32,519 nt of DNA from Octopus bimaculoides (taxonomy: Eukaryota). The stretch covers positions 184,622,127 to 184,654,645 of the forward strand of contig NC_068982.1 in NCBI RefSeq assembly GCF_001194135.2, read 5' to 3'. Shown in pieces: positions 21,881-32,085 of this stretch (position 1 is the stretch's first letter; each line of letters opens with the position of its first letter). The notes under the pieces are model-generated. The model made no database searches, had not been told where the DNA came from, and saw only the letters and a list, made by a program, of their open reading frames with translations. A program made the translations under genes and the position numbers.

Positions 21881-22580
21881 CACACACACACACACNNNNN
21901 NNNNNNNNNNNNNNNNNNNNNNNNNNNNNNNNNNNNNNNNNNNNNNNNNNNNNNNNNNNNNNNNNNNNNNNNNNNNNNNNNNNNNNNNNNNNNNNNNNNN
22001 NNNNNNNNNNNNNNNNNNNNNNNNNNNNNNNNNNNNNNNNNNNNNNNNNNNNNNNNNNNNNNNNNNNNNNNNNNNNNNNNNNNNNNNNNNNNNNNNNNNN
22101 NNNNNNNNNNNNNNNNNNNNNNNNNNNNNNNNNNNNNNNNNNNNNNNNNNNNNNNNNNNNNNNNNNNNNNNNNNNNNNNNNNNNNNNNNNNNNNNNNNNN
22201 NNNNNNNNNNNNNNNNNNNNNNNNNNNNNNNNNNNNNNNNNNNNNNNNNNNNNNNNNNNNNNNNNNNNNNNNNNNNNNNNNNNNNNNNNNNNNNNNNNNN
22301 NNNNNNNNNNNNNNNNNNNNNNNNNNNNNNNNNNNAAAAATATAGCTAATCGTCAGATCGTAAGTAGAACAATAATTAGATATATATATCTCAACCAACA
22401 ATAAGTACCAAATGAATTAATATGAAATACTTATTTTATAAAGATAGAAAAATTATTAAAAATATCAAAATATCAAAATAATAACCATTCAATAATCCTC
22501 CCTTCATCCATTGAGTTTTTACCTGTAATTTTGGATTTTGTCCCTAATATTATTATTATTATATATATATATATATATGC

Positions 22581-22740
22581 AACTGGTTTCTTTTAGTTTC
22601 CGTCTACTAAATCCATTTACAAGGCCTTGACCGGCCTGTGGCTATAACAGAAGACACTTGCTCAAGGTTCCAAGCAGTGGGATTGAACCCGAAACTATGT
22701 GGTTGGTAAGCAAACTTCTTACCACATAGCCGCGCCTGCG
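22581..22740 (-). mobile_element. SINE family A, 5' half (possibly the same copy as 21684-21880 across the gap)
   Basis: AGTTTCCGTCTACTAAATCC...GAAGACACTTGCTCAAGG...CTTCTTACCACATAGCC. Confidence 0.85.
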
Positions 22741-23447
22741 TCTATGCAGGAACTTTATTCAAATCCAGACCTGGCGTCTCTTGTCCAGTTAGCCACAGAG
22801 TTGTAATTTCCTACGATGATTCTACGATAGCATTCTCTTCTGAAAAAAAAAGTATCTCGGAAGTATTGAATATATTTTCTTAGACCATTCTTCGAAAATG
22901 GTGAAGCTAGTTCTTTGATAGAAACTACATGATTTTCTTATACGCTTAGTTTCCAGATGCTGGAAATAAGTTTTAAACCTAACCTCTTATTTAATTAGAA
23001 ATAACAATTATGCTCCTAAGCTTAATGTTGTCTCTTCCATAATTAGAGACTCCCTCTTTACGCCCGGCCGACTGAGCACAATATCAAAACTCAGGACCTG
23101 TAAAGAATTTTGCAATCGTCTAATAATGCTGTTCTTTATTATGTGAATTTGTTCAAGATGAAGTAGAGACTTCCTTATTCTCTTTCGTAACTGGATTTTC
23201 TGACGAAAAAAGCTGCACTCTGTACCAAAGTTGCCTTCCACATGGCAGCAATCGTCAGCTCGTAACGCCACATACTCATCATCTAATGACAAACAGTCTT
23301 ACCTTGAAGCTGCAAAAACTTTGTTGCAACTAGGTAACCGAACGATTAGAAAAGGATTTTTGTTACTTTTGGAAATTTTAAAGTCGAGTGGTTCTTTTAC
23401 AATTACAAACCCTCATGCGCGCGCACACGCATTTGTATTAACTTGTT

Positions 23448-24015
23448 GGTGCTACTTTGGCGTGTGATCTCCAACTTAAAGGGCGATTACTTTATATTAT
23501 TTTTTAGTTTACTTTGCAATTTCTAAAAACACTTAACATGTTGGCTAAAGATTTTTTTACAATAGATTCTTATGTACATATTTAGCATTGTAAATGTATT
23601 TTTTCAAACTTCTTACTATTTTAATAATAATAAAATTACGTTTCATTTATGTCTTAATAAATAATAAGAAACCAAGAATAAACAATATAATAACTAAAAT
23701 AAGCGTGTAGGTCACACAAGTTTGGCAGCCGCGAATTTTGCAACGGAAAGTTGCCAAAACTTCACCGTTTTTTTCCCTTTTTCTTGAAGCTTCTTTCATT
23801 TCTCCACCACAACGATGACATGATGCAACATTTTCTTCATCAGCTAAAAGGCCATTTCTCTGTAAAAATGCAACTGCCTTCGTCTCGTCGCTCGCTGAGT
23901 AATGGTAAAAATCTTTAGCCAACATCTTAAGGGTTTTTAGAAATTGAAAAGTAAACTAAAAAGTAACCTAAAGTAATTACCCCTTAAGTTGTAGATCACA
24001 CGCCAAAATAGCACC
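23448..24015 (-). mobile_element. Internally deleted Merlin (IS1016/IS1595-like) DNA transposon
   Basis: ~110-bp TIRs starting GGTGC (23448-23560 / 23905-24015; about 11 mismatches plus a 2-nt indel by eye); exact 8-bp TSD AACTTGTT at 23440-23447 and 24016-24023; transposase N-terminus inside. Confidence 0.88.
23647..23925 (-). pseudogene. Truncated Merlin-type transposase, N-terminal zinc-ribbon region
   Basis: DETKAVAFLQRNGLL...CHRCGGEM...FRCKIRGC (CxxC...CxxxxC), then an abrupt run into AT-rich sequence; no DDE domain. Confidence 0.8.
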
Positions 24016-24711
24016 AACTTGTTAACCCCCCACCCCCCACACATTCATTATTAGCGGCGACGAAAGCAGTATTATTTCAAATTAGCAATATGTGTGTCGT
24101 ACTTAAAACATACTATTGAGAACTTTCTAAACTGTGGTATTCGTCTCGAAAAAGCATGTTTTATAGAAGTATATTGTTAAAGAAAAAAATTAAAAAACAG
24201 AAATATATCAGTAACAGACAAAGTTCTTTCTCTTTCAATCACGTCTGTAGCAAGTATCCACAGACACTACATGCTAAGCGAAAATCGACCTGTAGCTGAT
24301 TTAGCTAAATAGAAATTGAAAGGTCACTGATGTTACATTTAGCCAACAGGTTGAATAAAAATTCGGTATTAGCGACGCAAGTAGTATTAGTTCAAATAAG
24401 TACTTAAAGCATATATACTGTTGTGGACTTCTTAAACTGCGATAAATCTGGATTTAGGAATACCAGCGCCGCTGCAGAAAAAATTTATGTTTCTTTTTAA
24501 ACACTATACGTCTATACGAGATGCTTTCTCGAAACGAATACTGCAGTTTACAAGGCTTTCAAAAGTATACATGCTTTAAGTATGATATACAGATTGCTAA
24601 TATATATGCATATATATAAATATATATACATGGAAATGTACTAATACACACACATATATAAATACACAAAGTTAATTGATAAAGGAACAGAAAATTATGC
24701 AATGAACTTCA

Positions 24712-24792
24712 TTAGCTTACAGCTGTTTTTGCTATAAGATGCAGTGCACTCAGAGAAGAGCGTTTGTGCATCACTGCTTTCTCAGAGTAGCC
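24712..24792 (-). ncRNA. Degenerate hammerhead ribozyme-like motif
   Basis: Minus strand CTGAGAA - long helix II (GCAGT..GCAC/GTGCACTGC) - AAAA - palindromic helix III ACAGCTGT - GTA; the G8 and G12 positions read A. Confidence 0.4.
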
Positions 24793-24984
24793 CCTAAAAT
24801 GAAGTACATTGCTTTTCCTGTTCCTTTGTCATTTATTTAATTTCTGTATCCAACTAACGCTTTATTCTAAAGCGTATGTATGTTGAGTTTTATCACCTGG
24901 TTATTAGTATGGGTGTGCCTAAGCGAAACTTTAAAATACATACATACATACATACATACATACAGACAGACAGACAGACAGACA

Positions 24985-25125
24985 TGCATATGCTTAAATA
25001 CCAATCTTGAGAAATTAGGCTTCTCAAAACCAGAAAGGAGCAAGCTGATTCGAAGACTACACATCCAAGCTATCACTGGAACTATCTAAATCTGTAAAAC
25101 TTTCCAGAAGTTTAGCATTTAAGTA
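24985..25125 (+). pseudogene. 3'-terminal relic of a non-LTR retrotransposon, probably an RLE clade (R4/Dong-like)
   Basis: NTNLEKLGFSKPERSKLIRRLHIQAITGTI*ICKTFQKF resembles the L..LG.....L...LQ..A..GT..I.. terminus recalled for restriction-like-endonuclease LINEs. Confidence 0.5.
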
Positions 25126-25751
25126 TATATGACCTTGTCTAGATATGCAACTGTAGCAAACTCAATAGAGGCGGAGAGAGAACGTAAGTTCGTTTGCCCG
25201 AACATGAGAAATTATTGATTTCTCATTGGTTAAAAATTACTGCCCATATACGAATTATGAACTTCGTTGAAGAAATCCTTCACGGGGTTACGGTTCTATG
25301 ATTCGTGTATGAGTAGTCATAAAAACCCTGATTTTCGGCAAAATCTCCAGTGATCGTTGGATGTTACTCAAGTCCACGACACTCACACTTTTGAGTATAA
25401 GGAAAATATATATGCCATGTTCAATACTCAAATCCGACAATATTGAATTGTCGTGAAACCTTATTAGTTAGAATGAGAAACTAGTTAATGATAATTTTAA
25501 GTCGTAAATTCTCTACGATGAAATGCTTTGTTTCTAAATTTCTATAAATGTAAAAATATGTATATAATAAATTAATGTAGAAACTTAATTCCTTTTACTT
25601 CTCGTTTCTTTCAACTTGTTGAATTTATTTCTGTATATTAATGAAACTGTATTTTTTTATGTGTAACGGTCAAAAAAATATAATCTATATCTTCAACATA
25701 CGTGCACAGGATAAACGCTCATATCAGCGTCTTACGTCATAACACAGCCTA

Positions 25752-25866
25752 AACTAGACTAAACTAAACTAAACTAACCTAAACTAAACTAAACTAAACT
25801 AAACTAAACTAAACTAAACTAACCTAACCTAAATTAAACTAAACTAAACTAAACTAAACTAAACTA
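25752..25866. repeat. (AAACT)n pentanucleotide microsatellite
   Basis: About 23 units with AACCT variants. Confidence 0.95.
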
Positions 25867-26090
25867 AGAGTTATGCTTAGTGATAATACTTATAATTAAG
25901 TTATAAGTAACGAAATTATCATTATAGCTTTTAATTAATAAACAATAAAATTCGTTATAACTTACGAATGAAAACATTATAAATAAAGATGTAGTATATC
26001 TCACATTTCAACGACCTGTTGTTGTGATAAACAATCAACATAGAAAAACTGGTGTCCGACCTGTTATTGCACACAACTATATGCATGAGA

Positions 26091-26161
26091 AGACATATAG
26101 AAAACTATATGTCTGTATATATGTGTATGCGTCCGCATACACATATATACAGACATATAGT
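26091..26161. repeat. Nested perfect palindromes
   Basis: 28-bp arms 26104-26131 / 26134-26161 with a 2-nt spacer; overlapping 10-bp-arm hairpin 26091-26100 / 26105-26114. Confidence 0.95.
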
Positions 26162-26185
26162 ATTTATACAATCCTCATTCAATGA

Positions 26186-26290
26186 TTCGTATACGAAGGC
26201 GGTTTTTCAGCTGAGTCGTTAGAGTATTGACTTAGAATGTCCCGCTGCCTTTGTTCTCTGCACTCTGAGTCCAAAATGTAGCAATGCCAA
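26186..26290 (+). mobile_element. Highly degraded SINE head, probably family C
   Basis: AGGCGG...GCTGAGTCGTTAG...CTCTGAGTCCAAA, weak similarity only. Confidence 0.35.
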
Positions 26291-26847
26291 GGCAGAGGGA
26301 CTTGCGGAATTATTTGAGGGTCGGGAAAGATGTTATGCGGTATCTTTTCCAACTATTTATGTTCTATTTATCACCACTTAAACGTAGATGTTCTATTAGA
26401 TCACTTAAGTGGGGATAAATATTACGTCTCATTATTAATACCGTCTCTGTCGCTAATATATATATATATTATATTCTGAAAGCATTGCTTGCGATAACAG
26501 GTGTCAAGCAGTATTGGTCCAAATCGGCGGACTTTCCCTCGTATAAAATCCTTGGTGAGGAGAGACTGGTTTGCATAAACAGCTGTTCGTCTCCTTAAAA
26601 TATCTTGACCAAACCTGTACATACGTTTGCAGATGTATGGTCAACACTGACCGTCGAACGTCTTGCATAGAAGAGTTGAACAACATAACGGGAAGAGTAC
26701 TTTTTATTTTTGTATTTTGACAATATGACAAATTCAGAGCTGTTCTAGTCTGTATATGTGTGTTAATATGTGATATGTAGGCCTTGTACTTCATTTTATA
26801 AACCTCGGATTTTGCTTTCTTACGTTTTTGTAGTTATTTATACTTAA

Positions 26848-27247
26848 AGAAGTGGCTGTGTGGTAAGTAACTTGCTTACCAACCACATGGTTCGAGTTCA
26901 TTCCTACTGCGTGGAATCTTGGGCAAGTGTCTTCTACTATAGCCTCGGGCCGACCAAAGCCTTGTGAGTGGATTTGGTAGACGGAAGCTGAAAGAAGCCT
27001 GTCGTGTATATATATATATGTGTGTTTGTGTGTGTATATGTTTGTATGTCTGTGTTTGTCCCCCCAACATCGCTTGACAACCGATGGTAGTGTGTTTACG
27101 TCCCTGCAACTTAGCGGTTCGGCAAAAGAGACCGATAGAATAAGTACTAGGCTTACAAAGAATAAGTCCTGGAGTCGATTTGCTCGACTAAAGGCGGTGT
27201 TCCACCATGGCCGCAGTCAAATGACTAAAACAAGTAAGTAAAAGAAT
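26848..27247 (+). mobile_element. SINE family A, complete copy
   Basis: A-box-like TGGCTGTGTGGTAAG, B-box-like GAGTTCATTCC, CTTGGGCAAGTGTCTT block, central (TA/TG)n linker, 3' block ending GACTAAAACAAGTAAGTAAAAGAAT. Confidence 0.92.
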
Positions 27248-27249
27248 AA

Positions 27250-28388
27250 CCTATCTGATTTCGAGAAAGAAAAATTGTTGGAGCGCGCATGGCTGGTGCA
27301 TCAGTCGGACTAGTTCAAAACGGGGGCACCAGTATTTTCTTAACGAAACACTTTGAAACTTGGGACACTGGTAGAATGTGTCATATAAAACATCTTTTTC
27401 TCTTAGTCTTCTTAACAAAAAAACGTACATCGCAAGTTATTTCATGTTAAAGTTGTCTTATTTCTGTAATTTCAACCAATGACTGACGTCCATTCAGCCG
27501 AATACATTAAGTGCTGACTACGTAAACAAACGATTCTCAAACGATTCTGGCGGTGATAAAATTATTATTTCCTTGTCAAAAAATGGCTGAAGCATATTGG
27601 CAGTATCTAATAAACCTTTCTATNNNNNNNNNNGTTAGGGTTAGGGAAAACGAACACACGTGTGTTGCCTCTCTGCAAAATGTCAGAAGTAATGGAGATT
27701 AAATACGTTTTACACCGCTTAAACTGCCAAAGGAGTAACTGTAAACAGCTGAATACTTGTCAGTGATTGGTTGAAATTATCGAAATAAGACAATTTTTTA
27801 CATGAAATTAATTCGAATACAAAAATTTGTTTCTGTTCTATAACACAAAATAGATAAGTATACGAAGTTTGAAAGTCTTTCGGTACCAAAAACACTACAT
27901 AAAACATAAATGAAAACTGGTGCCCCCGTTTTGAACTAGATCCCATCAGTCACTAAAACTGCTGAATTGTTTAATACTTCGATGAAGCCATGTCGTCATT
28001 CTAAAACCAGCCCTGGCAGGCATAATTTTGGACGGAAGGCAAAACTCATAGAGAGGCATCGCAAAATAATGAACCAAAAGCTTTGAGTTTTTAAAAAACT
28101 CCACAGACTACGGCAGCAAAAGTGATAGTTGAACTAAATAACTACCTTGCCAACCTCTGCCAACCAAAGTAGTTAGTCGTGAGCTCCCTAATGTTAGATA
28201 CTACGGAAGGACTATAATTGCTAAAACTTTCCTGTCTATTTAACAACGTACCATCACCTTGCCAACGCTGTGTCAGCCAAAACCATTTGTCGTGAGCTCC
28301 ATAAAGCTGAATACTACGGGAGGGCTACAATTGCTAAACCTTTCCTCTCCATTTAACAAGGTGTTTCCATTATTTTGTTCAACTCCTG
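27250..28388 (+). mobile_element. Internally deleted Tc1-like relic related to the 12363 element, interrupted by a MITE
   Basis: LSDFE...VGARMAGASV|TKTAELF continues across the insertion; QTTAAKVIVELNNYLAN; RELHKA.YYGRATIAKP; right TIR AGGTGTTTCCATTATTTTGTTCAACTCCTG ends at 28388. Confidence 0.8.
27307..27943. mobile_element. GGATC-terminal MITE with TTAGGG core, copy 2
   Basis: TIRs GGA-CTAGTTCAAAACGGGGGCACCAG / CTGGTGCCCCCGTTTTGAACTAGATCC; TSD CATCAGTC at 27299-27306 and 27944-27951; GTTAGGGTTAGGG at 27634-27646 next to a 10-N gap. Confidence 0.92.
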
Positions 28389-28435
28389 AATGTCTATCTG
28401 AGCTCACATTTGTGTGTGTGTGTGCCCTTGAGCTC

Positions 28436-28491
<56 letters not shown>

Positions 28492-28736
28492 ACTTGAGCT
28501 CACGTTTGTTTGTGTGATAATGGTAGCAGCGGTGATGTGTAAATGTTGACGTGTTCGCAGATATGTGAGTGTTTGTGTATCTCATACGCACACGTGACAT
28601 ATTACTATATATTTGATATATTTCCTGCCCTTATTGATCGCATAGCAATATCAGTCAGAGGCGGGTGGCTAGAAGAATAGGTCTAAAGGCGGACAAAATG
28701 TTTTGTGTCAGTATGTGTATCTTTGTACGCGTGTGT

Positions 28737-28823
<87 letters not shown>
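28737..28823. repeat. (CAG)n-(TAG)n compound trinucleotide repeat
   Basis: Directly visible; gives the poly-Ser pseudo-ORF. Confidence 0.95.
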
Positions 28824-28824
<1 letters not shown>

Positions 28825-28879
28825 TTGGTGGTAATGCTATGTTCTACGGTCCATTAGAATGAGTTGTTTTCTCCAGCAA

Positions 28880-28967
28880 CACCGCTACTACAACCATACC
28901 ATACTATCATCACCACCGCCAACTCTACCACTATCACCAACATTATCATTATCCATTATCTCCACAC

Positions 28968-28999
<32 letters not shown>

Positions 29000-29228
29000 C
29001 AACAAACATGACACTAATAGCACCAAAACCAGCTCACAATCACTATCACCATTAGTGTCAACGCCATCACTGCGTATCTCCGTCGCTGACATCACCACCT
29101 CCAAGAACAACATCCACTACTATCACCATTATTACCACCACCACCACCACAGCTACAGAACTGTTATCACCAAAACCACCACCATCACCACCACCACCAC
29201 CAACAACACCAACAACTACAACAACTAT
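28880..29228. repeat. CAC/CAA/CAT low-complexity trinucleotide field
   Basis: Directly visible. Confidence 0.9.
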
Positions 29229-29969
29229 AATTTCTCAGAAAAATAAGTATTTCTCAAATGATGCTTGACTGTTATAGTTCAGTGGTGTCCGCCTAACCTG
29301 ATCAGACATTCCTACTAATTTATTTCCGAATGTAGAGTACACACCTGACACACATACTTTCTACTCTCTATCCCACAAAATTGTCACTCTGAATTCTGTT
29401 AATCCCCATACGACAGTTGCTTGTTGAAACTGGTGTGTGCTTCGGTTCACTACCCACTCTACTGTAACCAAGATGCGAGATATACCCTATTTGACATCAT
29501 GGAAGACACGCGGGCATATTCAGCACAGCTCAATTGCAAGAAAACGCATAATCAAGAATGAAAAGATAAGTTTTAAGCACATTAATGCTTATGAGAGGCC
29601 CGACTTCATATATAAGACCCTAGGTGATTATTTGAGTATTTTTGTTTTTGTTTTTGAAAAATGCTTCATGTATGCCATCAATTACGCTGGTTGTTATCGT
29701 TAACGCTGTTACGTCACCGAACACTGGCTCTTCGGACTCCTTTCTGACAGATATTTAATCTCTCATTGATTCCAAGGTAGAGAGGTTAACTGCTGGCGTT
29801 CAGTGTTTTCTTTTAAACTTATGTGTTTGATGGGTCTGATATTCTATTTGGTGGTTTGTGGGAAAAGGTGGAAGTCGAAGCCGGGGTTGCATTCTGAGGG
29901 GAAAAGATTGCGAAATGTTTAGGGCACAGTTTAGGTGTTCAGACACCGTAAGGATCTTTTTAAGTGTTC

Positions 29970-30161
29970 TCTTTAATTGTTTCATTCATTGGACTGCAGC
30001 CATACTGGGGCACAGCCCTGAACGGCTTTTAGGCGAACAAATCGACAGCAGTACATATTTTTGAAGTTTGGCACTTATTTTATCGATACCTTTTTGGCGA
30101 ACTGCACTAGTACGGTGGATGTAAAGAAACCACCATCGGTTGTTAAGTGGTGTGTGTGTTT

Positions 30162-30195
<34 letters not shown>

Positions 30196-30477
30196 CAGGG
30201 TGATCCAAAAGTTGCCATACATAAGACAATTTTTTTTTTTTATAGGAAACAGTTTTTTTTATTTAAATGTTTCTTATAAAAAAATAAATTTTTCCTATGT
30301 ATGGTGACTTTTGAATCACCCTGTATATACGTCAGGCTTCCATACAGTTTCTGTCTATCAAATTAGCTCACAAAGCTATGGTAGAAGACACTTGTCTAAG
30401 GTGCCGCGCAGTGAGTCTGACCCAGAATCTGCGTGGTTGGGAAACGAGATTCTTAAGCACACTGCCATGCCTGCACA
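29970..30477 (-). mobile_element. SINE family A, interrupted by a Tc1/mariner MITE
   Basis: 3' half at 29970-30190 and 5' half at 30330-30477 flank the MITE. Confidence 0.8.
30196..30323. mobile_element. 128-bp Tc1/mariner-type MITE
   Basis: TIRs CAGGGTGATCCAAAAGTTGCCATACATA / TATGTATGGTGACTTTTGAATCACCCTG; TA on both flanks. Confidence 0.88.
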
Positions 30478-30764
30478 TAAAGAAAGGAAAAGCGGTGGAT
30501 ATGTTAGCTGGACTTTGATGGAACAGGTATGTTGCTTGGTAGTTCGGTGAAACTGAATTCTTTGAAACCTGGAAATATCTACAATAATTAAGTATCATAA
30601 CCACAAGCGAGATAGGCATACGAAACTCATTTTATCTAGTTCTGTCTCGACGTCAAGCAAAGCCTTTATCAAACTACCACCACTATCTCTGCACCCGTTA
30701 GATCCCCTACTATATACAGCACGAAGTCCAGTTCTCCTTGTGATGTAGTAGCGTGTGTCTCAAT

Positions 30765-30990
30765 GACGCTGAGAGCTACGCCAGAGGAGCGTCAGTTCCT
30801 TGGTAGAGTCTCCTATGTTGGACAACTCAAAAGATAGAGGCCAGACTAATAAATCTGGAAGGACATAGAGGCAGGAATATTTTTAAAAAATGGAATCTAA
30901 ACTGAGAGAAATTGAAAAGACAGCTCGAGTCGAGAACAGTAGAGAAGAAGTTGTCAATGCTTAAACCTTATGCTCCATAAAGAGAAAAAG
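30765..30990 (+). pseudogene. 3'-terminal relic of an RTE-clade LINE
   Basis: Across frameshifts: LCWTTQK..RP...WK..EA...KWNLN..EIEKTAR...REEVVNA..LCSI, matching the RTE terminus W.P.GKR.RGRP..TW...E....W...V.ALC. Confidence 0.6.
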
Positions 30991-31010
30991 GGCTTCAGTA
31001 AATATCCCCA

Positions 31011-31013
<3 letters not shown>

Positions 31014-31076
<63 letters not shown>
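31014..31076. repeat. (CA)n microsatellite running into a gap
   Basis: Directly visible. Confidence 0.95.
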
Positions 31077-31604
31077 NNNNNNNNNNNNNNNNNNNNNNNN
31101 NNNNNNNNNNNNNNNNNNNNNNNNNNNNNNNNNNNNNNNNNNNNNNNNNNNNNNNNNNNNNNNNNNNNNNNNNNNNNNNNNNNNNNNNNNNNNNNNNNNN
31201 NNNNNNNNNNNNNNNNNNNNNNNNNNNNNNNNNNNNNNNNNNNNNNNNNNNNNNNNNNNNNNNNNNNNNNNNNNNNNNNNNNNNNNNNNNNNNNNNNNNN
31301 NNNNNNNNNNNNNNNNNNNNNNNNNNNNNNNNNNNNNNNNNNNNNNNNNNNNNNNNNNNNNNNNNNNNNNNNNNNNNNNNNNNNNNNNNNNNNNNNNNNN
31401 NNNNNNNNNNNNNNNNNNNNNNNNNNNNNNNNNNNNNNNNNNNNNNNNNNNNNNNNNNNNNNNNNNNNNNNNNNNNNNNNNNNNNNNNNNNNNNNNNNNN
31501 NNNNNNNNNNNNNNNNNNNNNNNNNNNNNNNNNNNNNNNNNNNNNNNNNNNNNNNNNNNNNNNNNNNNNNNNNNNNNNNNNNNNNNNNNNNNNNNNNNNN
31601 NNNN

Positions 31605-31870
31605 ACGGAAACTGAAAGAAGCCCGTCATATATATATATATGCATATGTTTTTGTGTCTGTGTTTGCACCCTCCTCCCCACCAGCATGGCTTGACAACCG
31701 ATGCTGGTGTGTTTACGTCCCCGTAACTTAGCGGTTCGGCAAAAGAGACCGATAGAGTAAGTACTAGGCTTACAAAGAATAAATACCGGGGTCGATTTGC
31801 TCGACTAAAAGGCGGTGCTCCAGCATGGCCGCAGTCAAATGACTGAAACAGATAAAAGAATAAAAGAATA
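31605..31870 (+). mobile_element. SINE family A, 3' two-thirds (5' end in gap)
   Basis: ACGGAAACTGAAAGAAGCCCGTC...GTAACTTAGCGGTTCGGCAAAAGAGACCGATAG...GGCCGCAGTCAAATGACTGAAACA. Confidence 0.92.
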
Positions 31871-32027
31871 GAAAATACTATAATAATATTATAATTTCAT
31901 AGCGTCCCCCAATCCACTGGCTTTCTTCCAATGCCTCCTTTTTCTCTACCATCCCCTTTAGACACCAGCGCTCACCTGGACCCTCTCAACGCCTACTGGG
32001 GGGGGGGGGCGGTAGTANNNNNNNNNN

Positions 32028-32085
32028 CTCTCAACGCCTACTGGGGGGGGGGGGCGGTAGTACCCACTTTGAGAACCTATGGTCT
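32028..32085 (-). mobile_element. Probable hAT MITE terminus
   Basis: Minus strand CATAGGTTCTCAAAGTGGGTACTACCGCCCCCC resembles CAGTGGTTCTCAAA-type hAT ends; other end not identified. Confidence 0.4.

Larger units (their letters stand above)
1834..32027. other. Eleven assembly gaps (1834-1843, 3054-3408, 6083-6783, 13915-13924, 14834-15634, 16913-17670, 19843-20200, 21896-22335, 27624-27633, 31077-31604, 32018-32027)
   Basis: N runs, most abutting simple repeats; roughly 4 kb of the window is unreadable. Confidence 0.98.

Noticed and set aside
23008-23400. 94-aa minus-strand ORF (MSLDDEYV...) and an upstream GTAAGA donor at about 23302
   Set aside because: No recognisable domain, no suitable in-frame acceptor or start for the donor; length is within chance range.
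26422-26794. Two overlapping minus-strand ORFs (66 and 96 aa) and micro-exon candidates
   Set aside because: No motifs recognised and splice signals are weak.
2951-31731. Long ORF-track entries spanning N runs or (CA)n, (TCTA)n, (GA)n, (CAG)n and (CAC)n repeats
   Set aside because: They stay open only because gaps and simple repeats lack stops; not evidence of coding sequence.
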